A stretch of DNA of 63,478 nt, filler included. It is 6 parts of 6 records of this genome, joined end to end, with 100 filler letters (N's around TTAATTAATTAA, not from the genome) between each part and the next. Parts side by side here need not be neighbours in the genome. Positions count along the whole stretch, not along the records: positions 14,739 to 29,536 come from SRR20825006_1876; positions 29,637 to 42,903 come from SRR20825006_1878; 4 more parts are not named here. The stretch is one strand, 5' to 3'. This document shows, piece by piece, positions 22,318 through 31,565 of the stretch (the stretch's first letter is position 1; the number at the start of each line of letters is the position of its first letter). The notes below the pieces were generated by a model, which saw only the letters and a list, made by a program, of their open reading frames with translations, was not told where the DNA came from and searched no databases. The position numbers were made by a program, and so were the translations under genes.

Positions 22318-22390
22318 AGCGACACCCAGCTCCCTCGCCGGGAGCTCGCGCGAGCGCGTCACCTGACACATCTCGGACACGAGCATGCAC

Positions 22391-23335
22391 CTACTTGAAG
22401 ACAAGTGGGTAGGTGATCGTGGCGTTGTCTCCTTCAGGCTCGCGAAAGATCCATCGGTTCACCTTCTTCACGACACAATCCTCCACGACGCGGTCATCGA
22501 GATCAGACGAGGTCACCTTCGTGGCCTTGACAGAGCCCGACTTCGAGACCGTGATCTCGAGGTTGATGGTCCCCTTGAGGTTGGCGTTCGACTCCAGCCC
22601 TTTTTTGTAACACGTGTTGATCTCGTAACGATGCTTGCGAAAGACGCTACGCACCCCACCGAGGTCGAGCCCCCCTCGGGCCGTGATCTTGACGGGCGCC
22701 ACTTTTTTCGTCACAGGAGCGACCTTCCTCGTCGGGCTTTGTTTGGCGAGGTGCTCGCGCACAGCCTTGGCGGTCGCAGGCCCTGTCGTATGTGCCTTCG
22801 AGTCGGTTCTGGCGTTCAGCTCCTCGAACCACTCGGGGCGGCGCTCGAAGCGAGAGGTCTTGGGGTTCCACTCGAGGCCCTCCACGGTGTAGTGGGTCCA
22901 GGCGCCGTGGATACCCCCTCTTGTCGTGGAGTGGAGGACGAAGACCTCGACCAGGCCATCACCTTGAATATCCTCGAAGAAGACCGCTTCGATGTCTGCC
23001 ATCTCATCTGCGACCGCAGACCACGCCTGCCACGAACCCTCGACGTTTCCGAGCACCCAAAAGGAGAAGCCGTTCCCCACAGCGCTCACATGGACATATC
23101 CCTTCTTGAACGGTCCCACCGGACCACGGAACGCATGGACGATCCCTCCCGCGGTAGGGCTACCTAACGAATCACCGACATCCTCGACCACATCGCGCAC
23201 CTCGGCTTTCTTCGCGATGCGTTTGATCTCGGTGGGCTTGACCTTTGTATAGGTCGCCTTTTTCTGGGCGTAGGCGGTCGTCACGAAGAGCAAACTGCTC
23301 GCGACAACAAGCATCGAAGAAACGTATTTCATCAT
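22391..23335 (-). CDS. Secreted protein with AgmX/PglI-type (TonB C-terminal-like) domain
   Basis: Signal peptide ending AYA; C-terminal GGLD...INTCYKKGL..NANLKGTI...G.V.......DCVVKKVNRWIFREP...ITYPLVF. Confidence 0.8.
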   Translation of the reverse strand: MMKYVSSMLVVASSLLFVTTAYAQKKATYTKVKPTEIKRIAKKAEVRDVVEDVGDSLGSPTAGGIVHAFRGPVGPFKKGYVHVSAVGNGFSFWVLGNVEGSWQAWSAVADEMADIEAVFFEDIQGDGLVEVFVLHSTTRGGIHGAWTHYTVEGLEWNPKTSRFERRPEWFEELNARTDSKAHTTGPATAKAVREHLAKQSPTRKVAPVTKKVAPVKITARGGLDLGGVRSVFRKHRYEINTCYKKGLESNANLKGTINLEITVSKSGSVKATKVTSSDLDDRVVEDCVVKKVNRWIFREPEGDNATITYPLVFK

Positions 23336-23450
23336 GTCAGAACCTCTTTTTTCATCTATCTCGAGTCATCACAGCATCCATTCATGATGCCATGACGTAT
23401 CCAGGCTACGATCTATTCAACCGTTTTTGCAAAACCCTCGAGATATTGGC

Positions 23451-25802
23451 TCACTCTTCCTCTGAACCCGCGCTCATCTTCGCGGCAGCGAGCTCGAACT
23501 GCCTTGGCCAGTCGGGGTATTTTCGCTCGAGGAAGCGGTCGGTGAGGACGGCTTGAGCGGCCTCGCACAGGTCATAGATCAGCGCCGCGTTGAGCGCGGC
23601 GCCGAGGATCGCGCCGACCCAGGGGAGCGCCTTGCCAGGGGCGGCGTTGACGGCGCGCTGCTCGAAGTTGCGCTGCACCGCGCGCCTGGCGATATCACGA
23701 GCGCGCGTGGCCAACCGTGGCGAGAGCTGCGCCTCGAAGAGTTGATTGATGGCGCGACCTGCGGCCTGGTTGATCGCGCCCTTGGCGAGCGCGCCGACCA
23801 TGAGTGATTTCTGAACCGCGAACTCGCGAAGGTTCTGGCGAAGCAACATCGGATGGATCGCAGCGGGGCGAGATCCTCCGAGCGCCACGGCAAGGATCTC
23901 CATGGGGAGCTCGCGCTCTTCTCTCGGATCAAACCCATAGTACCAGCAGAAGCGGCCGCAAATATCGGCGGTGATTCCCAGAATCACCGGGATATCCGCC
24001 AGCGAGATCACGCCCCACCCGAGCGGCGCGAGGCCACCCGAGAGACCACCCGCGAGCGCGCCGAGCAGCAGGCGCTTGTTGCGCCTGCTGTGGAGCAGCA
24101 TCTCGACGTGGTCGATGCTCAACTTACCGATCTGTTCGAACTGCTCGATGGGCGAACCGTTGAGGCGAAACTCGTCGAGCACAGATTCGCGAAGATCCTG
24201 GGAGTTGATGCGTGACTCGAACACGAGCAAACCGCGCTCGACGGCGTGATGAATCAGGCGCATATCGCCCATCGTCGCGCCGATCCATTCCACAGGAGAG
24301 AAGGCCACATCGACCATGCGCGTCATGCTCCCCGGCTGCACGCGCTTCTCGATGAAGTACTTGACCCTCGTGGCGGCGTGTTTGTCCGCGTGGTGGAGCT
24401 TGACGCCATCGTACTTGCAGGTCAGGTGCTGGAAGGCGCGCTCGTAGTCTCCGATCAGCAGGTAGAGTTCGAGCTCGTCGGAATCGAGCGTGGCGCGAAT
24501 GCGCTCGTCCTTGCACCACTGATGAACAAAGCGCGCCTTGCACGGCTCGATCTCGTAGTTCTTGACGTAGAACCCGAGCAACCGGGTGACATGTTCGAGC
24601 GCGACGGCGTCCTCGTTAAGATCGAGTGATTCGAGCGCGCGCTTGATCTTGCGATGCGCGGTCACGCCGCGCGTGCCGAGCACGCGCTCGACCAGCGCGA
24701 GCTCCAACAGACGCTGCGCGCGCGTGGGGTTGCTCTCCTCGAGGCGCTTTGCCTCGGCCAACAGAAAATCTGCGGGCTGACGCCCTGCTCTGGCGCGGCT
24801 CCAGGTCTCGGAGGGCGCCGCGTAGAGCTCGAACAACCGAGCATGATCGGCTTCATAGGGCTTGTTTGCGTGGTGAGCGCGCAAGGCGCGCTCGCGCTCC
24901 TCGTTCGAAATGGAGAGCCTGATGCTGGCCCCCATCACGCGCTCGACCCATGGATGATCAAGCTCTCCGCCGAGCACCGCATCACTCATCACCTCGATCC
25001 AGGCGGCCTCGCGGTGAGGGTATTCGATGGCGACTCTGTCACACGCCTGCTCGAGCGAACGCGCCGCTTTCGAAGGGCTCCAGCGACCGTAACGGTTGAC
25101 GAAGGAGAGCCCGGCGAGCAGCGCGCTGATGTTCCAGAAGCGGCTCTCGAGTTGGATCTTTGCCAGGGATAACAGATCACGTCCCTCGGTCGGTCTCTTG
25201 CGATCGAGCACCTCGAGGCGGCGCACCAACTGGATCAACCAGTCGAGATCATCGGGCAGCGCTCTCCCGGCCAATAGCTCACACGCCTGCTCGTAGTGTT
25301 CTCCGCCGTGGCGCCAGAGCGCGAGCGTGGCGGTCGCCGCGAGCGGATGGAGCGTCGGGCGGTTCGGGTGCGTGGAGCGCGCGATGGCCCACATCGCATC
25401 GTGGGCGCCATCACTGAGCGCGGAGAACTTCTTCGGATCGAGCAAATCCCACAGCAAGGCGCCGCGCTCGATGTTCCTCGGCTTGACCTTGCGACGCGCG
25501 AGCCCTGTATGGATCGCGATCCAGGTGATCAGGAGCTCGCGTTGCTCGCTCGGGTGCTCGGCGATGCCGTCCTTGATGGTGGTCAGCAACGCCTCGACGT
25601 CGAGCTCCCCGAGCGCATTCCACCGCTGCTTGAAGTCCTCCAGGCGTGCGGCGAGCAGCTCCTCGGCGTCGAGCTGCTCGCCGCTCTGTTCTCGAGGATC
25701 AGGCGGGAGAGGGATCCCGAGCTCTTCCTGCTCGGGTTTTATGAAGTCATCTTCGGGGAGTTGTTCTGGCGACTGGCGAGCAGGTTCTTGCTCCACGTTC
25801 AC
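23451..25802 (-). CDS. EcsC-family domain protein with long N-terminal helical region
   Basis: C-terminal GALAGGLSGG...LADIPVIL...YYGFDP..E.E...ALPWVGAILGAALN...AQAVLTDRFL; start overlaps upstream gene stop (GTGA). Confidence 0.7.
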   Translation of the reverse strand: MNVEQEPARQSPEQLPEDDFIKPEQEELGIPLPPDPREQSGEQLDAEELLAARLEDFKQRWNALGELDVEALLTTIKDGIAEHPSEQRELLITWIAIHTGLARRKVKPRNIERGALLWDLLDPKKFSALSDGAHDAMWAIARSTHPNRPTLHPLAATATLALWRHGGEHYEQACELLAGRALPDDLDWLIQLVRRLEVLDRKRPTEGRDLLSLAKIQLESRFWNISALLAGLSFVNRYGRWSPSKAARSLEQACDRVAIEYPHREAAWIEVMSDAVLGGELDHPWVERVMGASIRLSISNEERERALRAHHANKPYEADHARLFELYAAPSETWSRARAGRQPADFLLAEAKRLEESNPTRAQRLLELALVERVLGTRGVTAHRKIKRALESLDLNEDAVALEHVTRLLGFYVKNYEIEPCKARFVHQWCKDERIRATLDSDELELYLLIGDYERAFQHLTCKYDGVKLHHADKHAATRVKYFIEKRVQPGSMTRMVDVAFSPVEWIGATMGDMRLIHHAVERGLLVFESRINSQDLRESVLDEFRLNGSPIEQFEQIGKLSIDHVEMLLHSRRNKRLLLGALAGGLSGGLAPLGWGVISLADIPVILGITADICGRFCWYYGFDPREERELPMEILAVALGGSRPAAIHPMLLRQNLREFAVQKSLMVGALAKGAINQAAGRAINQLFEAQLSPRLATRARDIARRAVQRNFEQRAVNAAPGKALPWVGAILGAALNAALIYDLCEAAQAVLTDRFLERKYPDWPRQFELAAAKMSAGSEEE

Positions 25803-27868
25803 TCCTCACTTTGTGAGAGCGGGCGAGGCTCCTCTCCCTGGACCACGCGATAGCGCGTGTCCGCGAAGACAGAGAAGGTCTGGCTGGTGCGCTCGCTATC
25901 GGGCCAGTAAATCGTGACCTCAGCCGTGCAGGCCTCTCCCAACCCGAAGTGAGCGCGTAGATCGTGTTGGATACCGTAGTGACCGTGGCCTCCGTTGACC
26001 TCGTGAACCTGGAGCAGGTCACCGGCGCGGACCTCGATGCGAGCGCCGATGGCCGCGCGGTTGGAGCCTTCGCCCCCTTCGAGGTCGAGCTGGACCCAGT
26101 GATTTTGATTGCCCACGAGGTTCTCGAAGTAGCGTGCGTGAGCGCGCTCGTAGCAGTGGTCTCCGCTGGAGCATCGGTTGCGAGAGTGGCCCGCGACAAG
26201 ATCGAGGTCGCCGTCATTATCGAAGTCTGCGATGGCGATCCCGTGGCTGCTCTTGTGATCGATGCCCAGGTCGAGGGGGACGCGCGCAAAGGTGCCGTCC
26301 TCCTTCTGATGATACAACCAACCGCGGGTGCCCGGGTAATCCGTCGAGCCGACGTAAATATCGAGCCTGCCGTCGTTGTCAAAGTCGAACACGGCCGAGG
26401 TGATGTCTCCATCATCCCAGGTCGGCGAGGTGCGCTCCTTGGTCAAACCAGTCACCTCGTTGCCAGGGCGCGTGAAGGTGATGCTAGACTCGCCAGTGTT
26501 GTAGAGGATCTCGCTCGGGTCGCTCGATTCTCCGACATCCCAGTGCACGATCTCGGAGGTCAGCAGATCGAGGTGGCCATCATTATTGATATCGGCGCAG
26601 ACGGTTGTCCCGGAGTTACCGCCGAGGCGGAAGGGGAATCGATCGTACTGGTGCCTCCAACGGAAGGCATCTCCCTGGACCTGACAGCGAATGTTTGGCT
26701 CGGGGACGCCGGCGCAATCCTGCTCGTCGGGGTTGAGCTTGCAGTGACAGCGCGCCGATTCGTTATCGCTCCAGTCGGTCTTGTCATCGAAGGCGTACCC
26801 GGAGGCGATCGAGCGGTTGACGTACGAGCGCCCTTCGAGGGTGAAGCCCGCCTGCCACAAGTGATTCGGGGTGCGTCCATAGGACGCGCTGAGCAAGTCA
26901 GGCCACCCATCATTGTTCAGGTCGCAAGCGTTCCCGCCCCATGCCTGCGTATGAGCCAGCGCGTTACTCAGATCGCTCAGGCTGATCCACGGCTTGGTGA
27001 CCAGGCCAAACTGCTCGGTGACATCGATAAAGCCGCCCTCTCCATCTCCGCGATAGAGGCGATCCTGTTGGGGACCATCCATATTGGAGTCATGCGTGAT
27101 AAAGACATCGATGATTCCATCGCGGTCGACATCGGTGAAGACCACGCTGCTGCGGTTGCTGATCTCGTTCTCTGGCAAGCGCAGGTCGTGCTTCTCGAGC
27201 GGCGAGAGCGCGAAGGTGCCGTTGCCGGTGTTCAGGACCACCTCGGCGCCTTCGGGGCTCAGGTTGTTGGGGTCGACCTCGAGCGTGACGGTGATCGCGT
27301 CGAGGTCGCCATCGTTATCGATATCAGCGAACGCGGCGACCTCGACGGGGCGACCGCGGTTTGGCTGACCATCGCGGCGCGTGACAAAACCGCTGGTTTG
27401 TGTGGCATCCTCGAAGGTGCCGTCGCCGCGATTTTCGAGCAACCAGACGGAGCGACGCCCATCTGGCGAGAAGTCATCGCCAGCGGGCGCGTTGATGCGA
27501 CGCAAGATCAGATCCGTATCGCCATCGCCGTCGAAGTCGACGCTGGAGATGCGACCTCCCGCGGCAGCGAGCGCCTCGAGTTGGGACTCGGAGGTCTTGT
27601 TGGCGAACGCGGGGGTACCTTGCTCCAAGCTCCACGGAGACACTGGCTCGCAAACCACCTGAGAGTCCTTGCCGCTATCGAGGCCGAGATCGGGGATGCC
27701 CGTCTCGCCGCCCATATCCTCGGGATCTTGCGTTCCCATCTCCTCAGACGGCGCGCTCATATCACTGACGGGGTCGTCCGGGATGAGGATCACGACGGGT
27801 GGATCTTCCGGTTGCTCTTCGTCATTTCGCGAGCACCCGAAGGTGCCGATCATCGAGACGGCGAGCAA
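25799..27868 (-). CDS. CRTAC1-family lipoprotein (FG-GAP/VCBS repeats + ASPIC/UnbV domain)
   Basis: Repeated D(F/I/L/V)DxDGxxD motifs; NHWVQLDLEG..SNRAAIGARIEV, HFGLG, IYWPD; start codon uncertain (the ORF-track start overlaps the divergent gene). Confidence 0.85.
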   Translation of the reverse strand: MLAVSMIGTFGCSRNDEEQPEDPPVVILIPDDPVSDMSAPSEEMGTQDPEDMGGETGIPDLGLDSGKDSQVVCEPVSPWSLEQGTPAFANKTSESQLEALAAAGGRISSVDFDGDGDTDLILRRINAPAGDDFSPDGRRSVWLLENRGDGTFEDATQTSGFVTRRDGQPNRGRPVEVAAFADIDNDGDLDAITVTLEVDPNNLSPEGAEVVLNTGNGTFALSPLEKHDLRLPENEISNRSSVVFTDVDRDGIIDVFITHDSNMDGPQQDRLYRGDGEGGFIDVTEQFGLVTKPWISLSDLSNALAHTQAWGGNACDLNNDGWPDLLSASYGRTPNHLWQAGFTLEGRSYVNRSIASGYAFDDKTDWSDNESARCHCKLNPDEQDCAGVPEPNIRCQVQGDAFRWRHQYDRFPFRLGGNSGTTVCADINNDGHLDLLTSEIVHWDVGESSDPSEILYNTGESSITFTRPGNEVTGLTKERTSPTWDDGDITSAVFDFDNDGRLDIYVGSTDYPGTRGWLYHQKEDGTFARVPLDLGIDHKSSHGIAIADFDNDGDLDLVAGHSRNRCSSGDHCYERAHARYFENLVGNQNHWVQLDLEGGEGSNRAAIGARIEVRAGDLLQVHEVNGGHGHYGIQHDLRAHFGLGEACTAEVTIYWPDSERTSQTFSVFADTRYRVVQGEEPRPLSQSEE

Positions 27869-28013
27869 GATTGGAAGTCTTTGAAATACATTGCTAACAT
27901 GTCTGTGACGAATTGTTGAAGCGATGTAGGGGGATGTGCTAAGGTCGCCCGCTGCGATCGAAAGTTTGCTCGAGGCACGCGCGGTGTGTGTCTGTACGAA
28001 GAGGTTGTTCATC

Positions 28014-29522
28014 ATGAAGACATATATGCAACGTTCAATGGGATTGTTACTGGCGCTCTTTTTCCTGTTCTCGGTAGGTCTGCAGACCGCCTGTTCAGAC
28101 GATACTATGGAGAATAACGCGCAAACAAACAACTCCACCACCATGGGCGGAGACCAATGCGCAGAGGGCGAACGTTATAACCCCATCCTCGCAAAGTGTG
28201 TGGCGGAGAACCCCGCCAACATGATCACGCCTCCGAATACCAACACGGGCAACAACACCTCGAGCGGCAATAACGCCACGAACGAGAACAACCAGACCTC
28301 TGGTAACAACGCGACCAGCGGCAACAACCAGACCTCTGGCAACAACACGACGCCCGCGAATAACACCGCGGCGAACAACACAACTCCGGCGAACAACACG
28401 ACGCCAGCAAACAACACGACTCCGGCGAACAACACCACGACGGAGGTTTGCGGTCGCGGCGTGATCAAGGGGCGCGCGTGTGCTCCGAGTGGTGATATCC
28501 TGGCGTCAGCGAGCATCACGATCACCGGGACAGACTGCGCCAACAACGACGCCCCCTTCACGCTGACGACCACCACCGCGGGTGATGGCACCTACCGCAT
28601 CGAGGATGTGCCAAGCGGCTTGCACACGGTCACGATCGCATCGGGCTCGTTCTCGCGCGACTTCCAGGTGTTGGTGCGCGATCAGGAAGAGACGGACTTG
28701 ACGCGTCAGGCGTCGAAGTACTGCCTGGAGGCAGACTCGGTCAAAATCGCGGTGCTCCAGGGCGTGTTCGATGACATCGAGGGAATCCTCGACGACTTGA
28801 GCCTCGACTACACCATCGAAGGCAACGATGGCGATGGCGTCGATCCCTTCTTTGGCCTCGTCAACGATCAGGCTGGCCTGAATAACTCGCGCAACTTCCT
28901 GCTCGATCCTGCGAGGATGAGCCAGTACGACATCATCTTCATCAACTGTGGGCTGTTGTGGGACTTGCTCAAGCGAGATAACCCGAACGACGTCACCACG
29001 ATCGTCAACAACCTGCGCCAGTACTATCAGGATGGCGGCAGCCTCTACACCTCGGACTGGGCGTTCATGTTCATCGAGCAGGCGTTCCCCAATGTGCTCG
29101 ACTTCCTGCCCGCAGGCGGCGGCACAGACACCGAGACGGGCGCACGTCAAGGCTACGCACCACAGGTCATCAACGCCTCGGTCAACTCGCCAGAGCTTCA
29201 AATGCTGCTCGGCCAGAACACCGTCAACATTGACTTCCCACAAGATCCCGCCAACGGCGTCGTCAACACGCAGTGGGTTATGGTCGCTGGCGCTGACGCG
29301 GCAACCACCATCCACCTGAGCGGCAACGCCCAACAGTGCGCCTCCGCCGACAACTGCTCTTCCTCAGGCGCCACGCTCAACAACTCGCCGCTGTTGATCA
29401 CGTACAAAAACGCTGTCTCCGGCGGCTCGATGGCATTCACAGCCTTCCACAACCACGCCGAAGGCACCCCGATCAGCCCCGAGATCTCGGCCATCCTCAA
29501 GTTCCTCATCTTCCAGCTCTGA
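28014..29522 (+). CDS. Lipoprotein with Asn/Thr-rich linker, carboxypeptidase-regulatory-like domain and C-terminal alpha/beta domain
   Basis: ATG after GAGG; lipobox LQTAC; IKGRACAPSG...TAGDGTYRIEDVPSG; YDIIFINCG, GGSLYTSDWA. Confidence 0.72.
   Translation: MKTYMQRSMGLLLALFFLFSVGLQTACSDDTMENNAQTNNSTTMGGDQCAEGERYNPILAKCVAENPANMITPPNTNTGNNTSSGNNATNENNQTSGNNATSGNNQTSGNNTTPANNTAANNTTPANNTTPANNTTPANNTTTEVCGRGVIKGRACAPSGDILASASITITGTDCANNDAPFTLTTTTAGDGTYRIEDVPSGLHTVTIASGSFSRDFQVLVRDQEETDLTRQASKYCLEADSVKIAVLQGVFDDIEGILDDLSLDYTIEGNDGDGVDPFFGLVNDQAGLNNSRNFLLDPARMSQYDIIFINCGLLWDLLKRDNPNDVTTIVNNLRQYYQDGGSLYTSDWAFMFIEQAFPNVLDFLPAGGGTDTETGARQGYAPQVINASVNSPELQMLLGQNTVNIDFPQDPANGVVNTQWVMVAGADAATTIHLSGNAQQCASADNCSSSGATLNNSPLLITYKNAVSGGSMAFTAFHNHAEGTPISPEISAILKFLIFQL
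28250..28442 (+). repeat. Hexapeptide repeats NN(T/Q/A)T(SG/PA)
   Basis: About 11 consecutive 18-bp units such as AACAACACGACGCCCGCG encoding NNTTPA/NNQTSG. Confidence 0.85.
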
Positions 29523-29536
29523 GATGACGCGCCCCC

Positions 29537-29636
29537 NNNNNNNNNNNNNNNNNNNNNNNNNNNNNNNNNNNNNNNNNNNNTTAATTAATTAANNNNNNNN
29601 NNNNNNNNNNNNNNNNNNNNNNNNNNNNNNNNNNNN
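29537..29636. other. Artificial contig spacer
   Basis: N-run with TTAATTAATTAA. Confidence 0.99.
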
Positions 29637-29820
29637 TCGGGCAGAGCTGGTCTGCGCGGAATGGCTTCTTGGGGCCCACGAGGCCGTTAACGAAGAACTT
29701 CTGAGAGTCCTCCGTCACAGCGGCAGCGCCGCGATCGGTGTACGTGAACGACGTGCGATAACAACCGGAAAGTACGGTCATCGCGATGAGTAGCGCTGCC
29801 AACAGAAACGCTCGCTTCAT
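29637..29820 (-). CDS. Bor/Iss-family lipoprotein (3' truncated by contig end)
   Basis: MKRAFLL...LSGCY lipobox; FFVNGLVG...ADQLCP pattern. Confidence 0.65.
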
Positions 29821-30022
29821 TCTCTTTCTCCGTCAATAGGGTGGGATATTGATTTGACTTACCACCAGTGAAATCTAAGGGGCATGAAATAAGAACAGAC
29901 TCGCCCCTTGTCACTCCCTTTCTGTCTCGTTGGCATGACCTAACACGAGCACATAAGGGTGTCAACTTGGTTGGAGTGGATTCAGTCGCTTTTCTAGAGA
30001 CCCATGGCGGGTCTGCCCCGAT

Positions 30023-31504
30023 TTAGACTCGCCTCAAACCCTCTTCCCAGAGCGCGAGCATTTGTTCGCGCTCCGTCTTGGTCATGTCGGGGGTGAACAC
30101 CGCCTCGGCCTCCCATGTTTGCTCGATGTCCGCCAGATCCTCGAAGACGCCCACGTGCAGCCCGGCGAGCAGCGCGCTGCCGAGCGCGGTGGTGTCGGTC
30201 ATCTCGGGGCGCTCGATGCGCCGGTCGAGCAGGTCGGCTTGCAGCTGCATGAGCAGTCCGTTGGCCGAGGCGCCGCCATCGACCTTGAGCTCCTTGAGCG
30301 GTTGCCCGAGGTCGGACTCCATCGCCTTGAGGATGTCCACGTTCTGGAGCGCGATCGCCTCGAGCGCGGCTCTGGCGACGTGCGCGCGCGTCGTCCCGCG
30401 CGTCATCCCCCACAACACCCCGCGCGCGTCCGCGTTCCAGTGCGGCGCGCCGAGCCCGGCAAGACTTGGCACCAGCACGACGCCATCCGAGGACTCGACC
30501 GTGGCGGCCAGCTCCTCGATCTCTGCCGAGTGCTTGAAGAAGCCGAGCCCATCGCGCAGCCATTGCACGAGCGCGCCCGCGATGAACGCGCTCCCCTCGA
30601 GCGCGTAGGTGATCTCCTGACCTGGGAGCTGCCAGGCTGCCGTGGTCAGCATCCTGTGCGCCGAGTGCACGATCTTGTTGCCTGTGTTCATCAGCAGGAA
30701 GGCGCCCGTGCCAAACGTGCATTTGGCGTCCCCTGGCGAGAAGCAGGTCTGGCCAAAGAGCGCCGCTTGCTGATCGCCTGCCATCCCGCAAACGGGCGTG
30801 CCATCTGCGAGGCCCGGGATGCCGCGGACTTCTCCGTAGAACTCCGAGTTGCCCACGATCTCTGGCAAGATCTCGGCGGGCACATTGAGCAGCGAGAGCA
30901 GCTCCTCGTCCCAGGCCCCCGTGGCGAGGTTCATCAGCATCGTCCGCGAGGCGTTGGAGACGTCCGTCTTGTGCTCGCTCCCTCCGGTCAGGCGCCAGAG
31001 CAGGAAGGCGTCGATGGTGCCCACGGCGAGCTCTCCCTTGTTTGCCTTCGCGCGCGCGCCGTCGACGCGATCGAGGATCCACTCGATCTTGGTGCCCGAG
31101 AAGTAGGGGTCGAGCACCAGCCCGGTGCGCTTTTGAACCATCGGTCCTTTGCCCTCGTCGGTCAGGGATTGGATGCGACCTCGCGTGCGACGATCCTGCC
31201 AGACGATGGCGTTGTGGATCGGCTTCCCGCTCTCTCGCTCCCACACCACCGTGGTCTCTCGCTGGTTGGTGATGCCGACGGCGACGATCTCTTCTGGTGT
31301 GATCCCCGCCTCCTGCTGCGCGCGCTCGATGGTCGCCAGCGTCGACTTCCAGATCTCCTCGGGGTCATGTTCGACCCAACCTGGCTTGGGGAAGATCTGT
31401 GGGAACTCCTGGTTGACGCGCGCTCGAACCTCGAGCGCGCCGTCGATGATGATCACGGTGGTCCCGGTCGTGCCCTGATCGATCGCGCAAATGAATTGAC
31501 CCAT
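30023..31504 (-). CDS. glpK: Glycerol kinase
   Basis: AIDQGTTGT, PGWVEHDP, GITNQRET, VWQDRRT, DPYFSGTK, GDQQAALFGQ, KCTFGTGAF, LKVDGGAS. Confidence 0.97.
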   Translation of the reverse strand: MGQFICAIDQGTTGTTVIIIDGALEVRARVNQEFPQIFPKPGWVEHDPEEIWKSTLATIERAQQEAGITPEEIVAVGITNQRETTVVWERESGKPIHNAIVWQDRRTRGRIQSLTDEGKGPMVQKRTGLVLDPYFSGTKIEWILDRVDGARAKANKGELAVGTIDAFLLWRLTGGSEHKTDVSNASRTMLMNLATGAWDEELLSLLNVPAEILPEIVGNSEFYGEVRGIPGLADGTPVCGMAGDQQAALFGQTCFSPGDAKCTFGTGAFLLMNTGNKIVHSAHRMLTTAAWQLPGQEITYALEGSAFIAGALVQWLRDGLGFFKHSAEIEELAATVESSDGVVLVPSLAGLGAPHWNADARGVLWGMTRGTTRAHVARAALEAIALQNVDILKAMESDLGQPLKELKVDGGASANGLLMQLQADLLDRRIERPEMTDTTALGSALLAGLHVGVFEDLADIEQTWEAEAVFTPDMTKTEREQMLALWEEGLRRV

Positions 31505-31565
31505 GGTGATGTTACCTCGCAGTGATTCTGGTTGTTTCGGTTGTTTTGGGTTTATGCCCTGGAAG

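Noticed and set aside
27869-28144. ORF-track N-terminal extensions of the two divergent genes overlapping each other
   Set aside because: Lipoboxes and the RBS indicate later starts (28014 plus; about 27868 minus), which removes the overlap
28250-28442. Short tandem repeats as a possible CRISPR array
   Set aside because: In-frame degenerate 18-bp coding repeats without unique spacers; no cas genes seen
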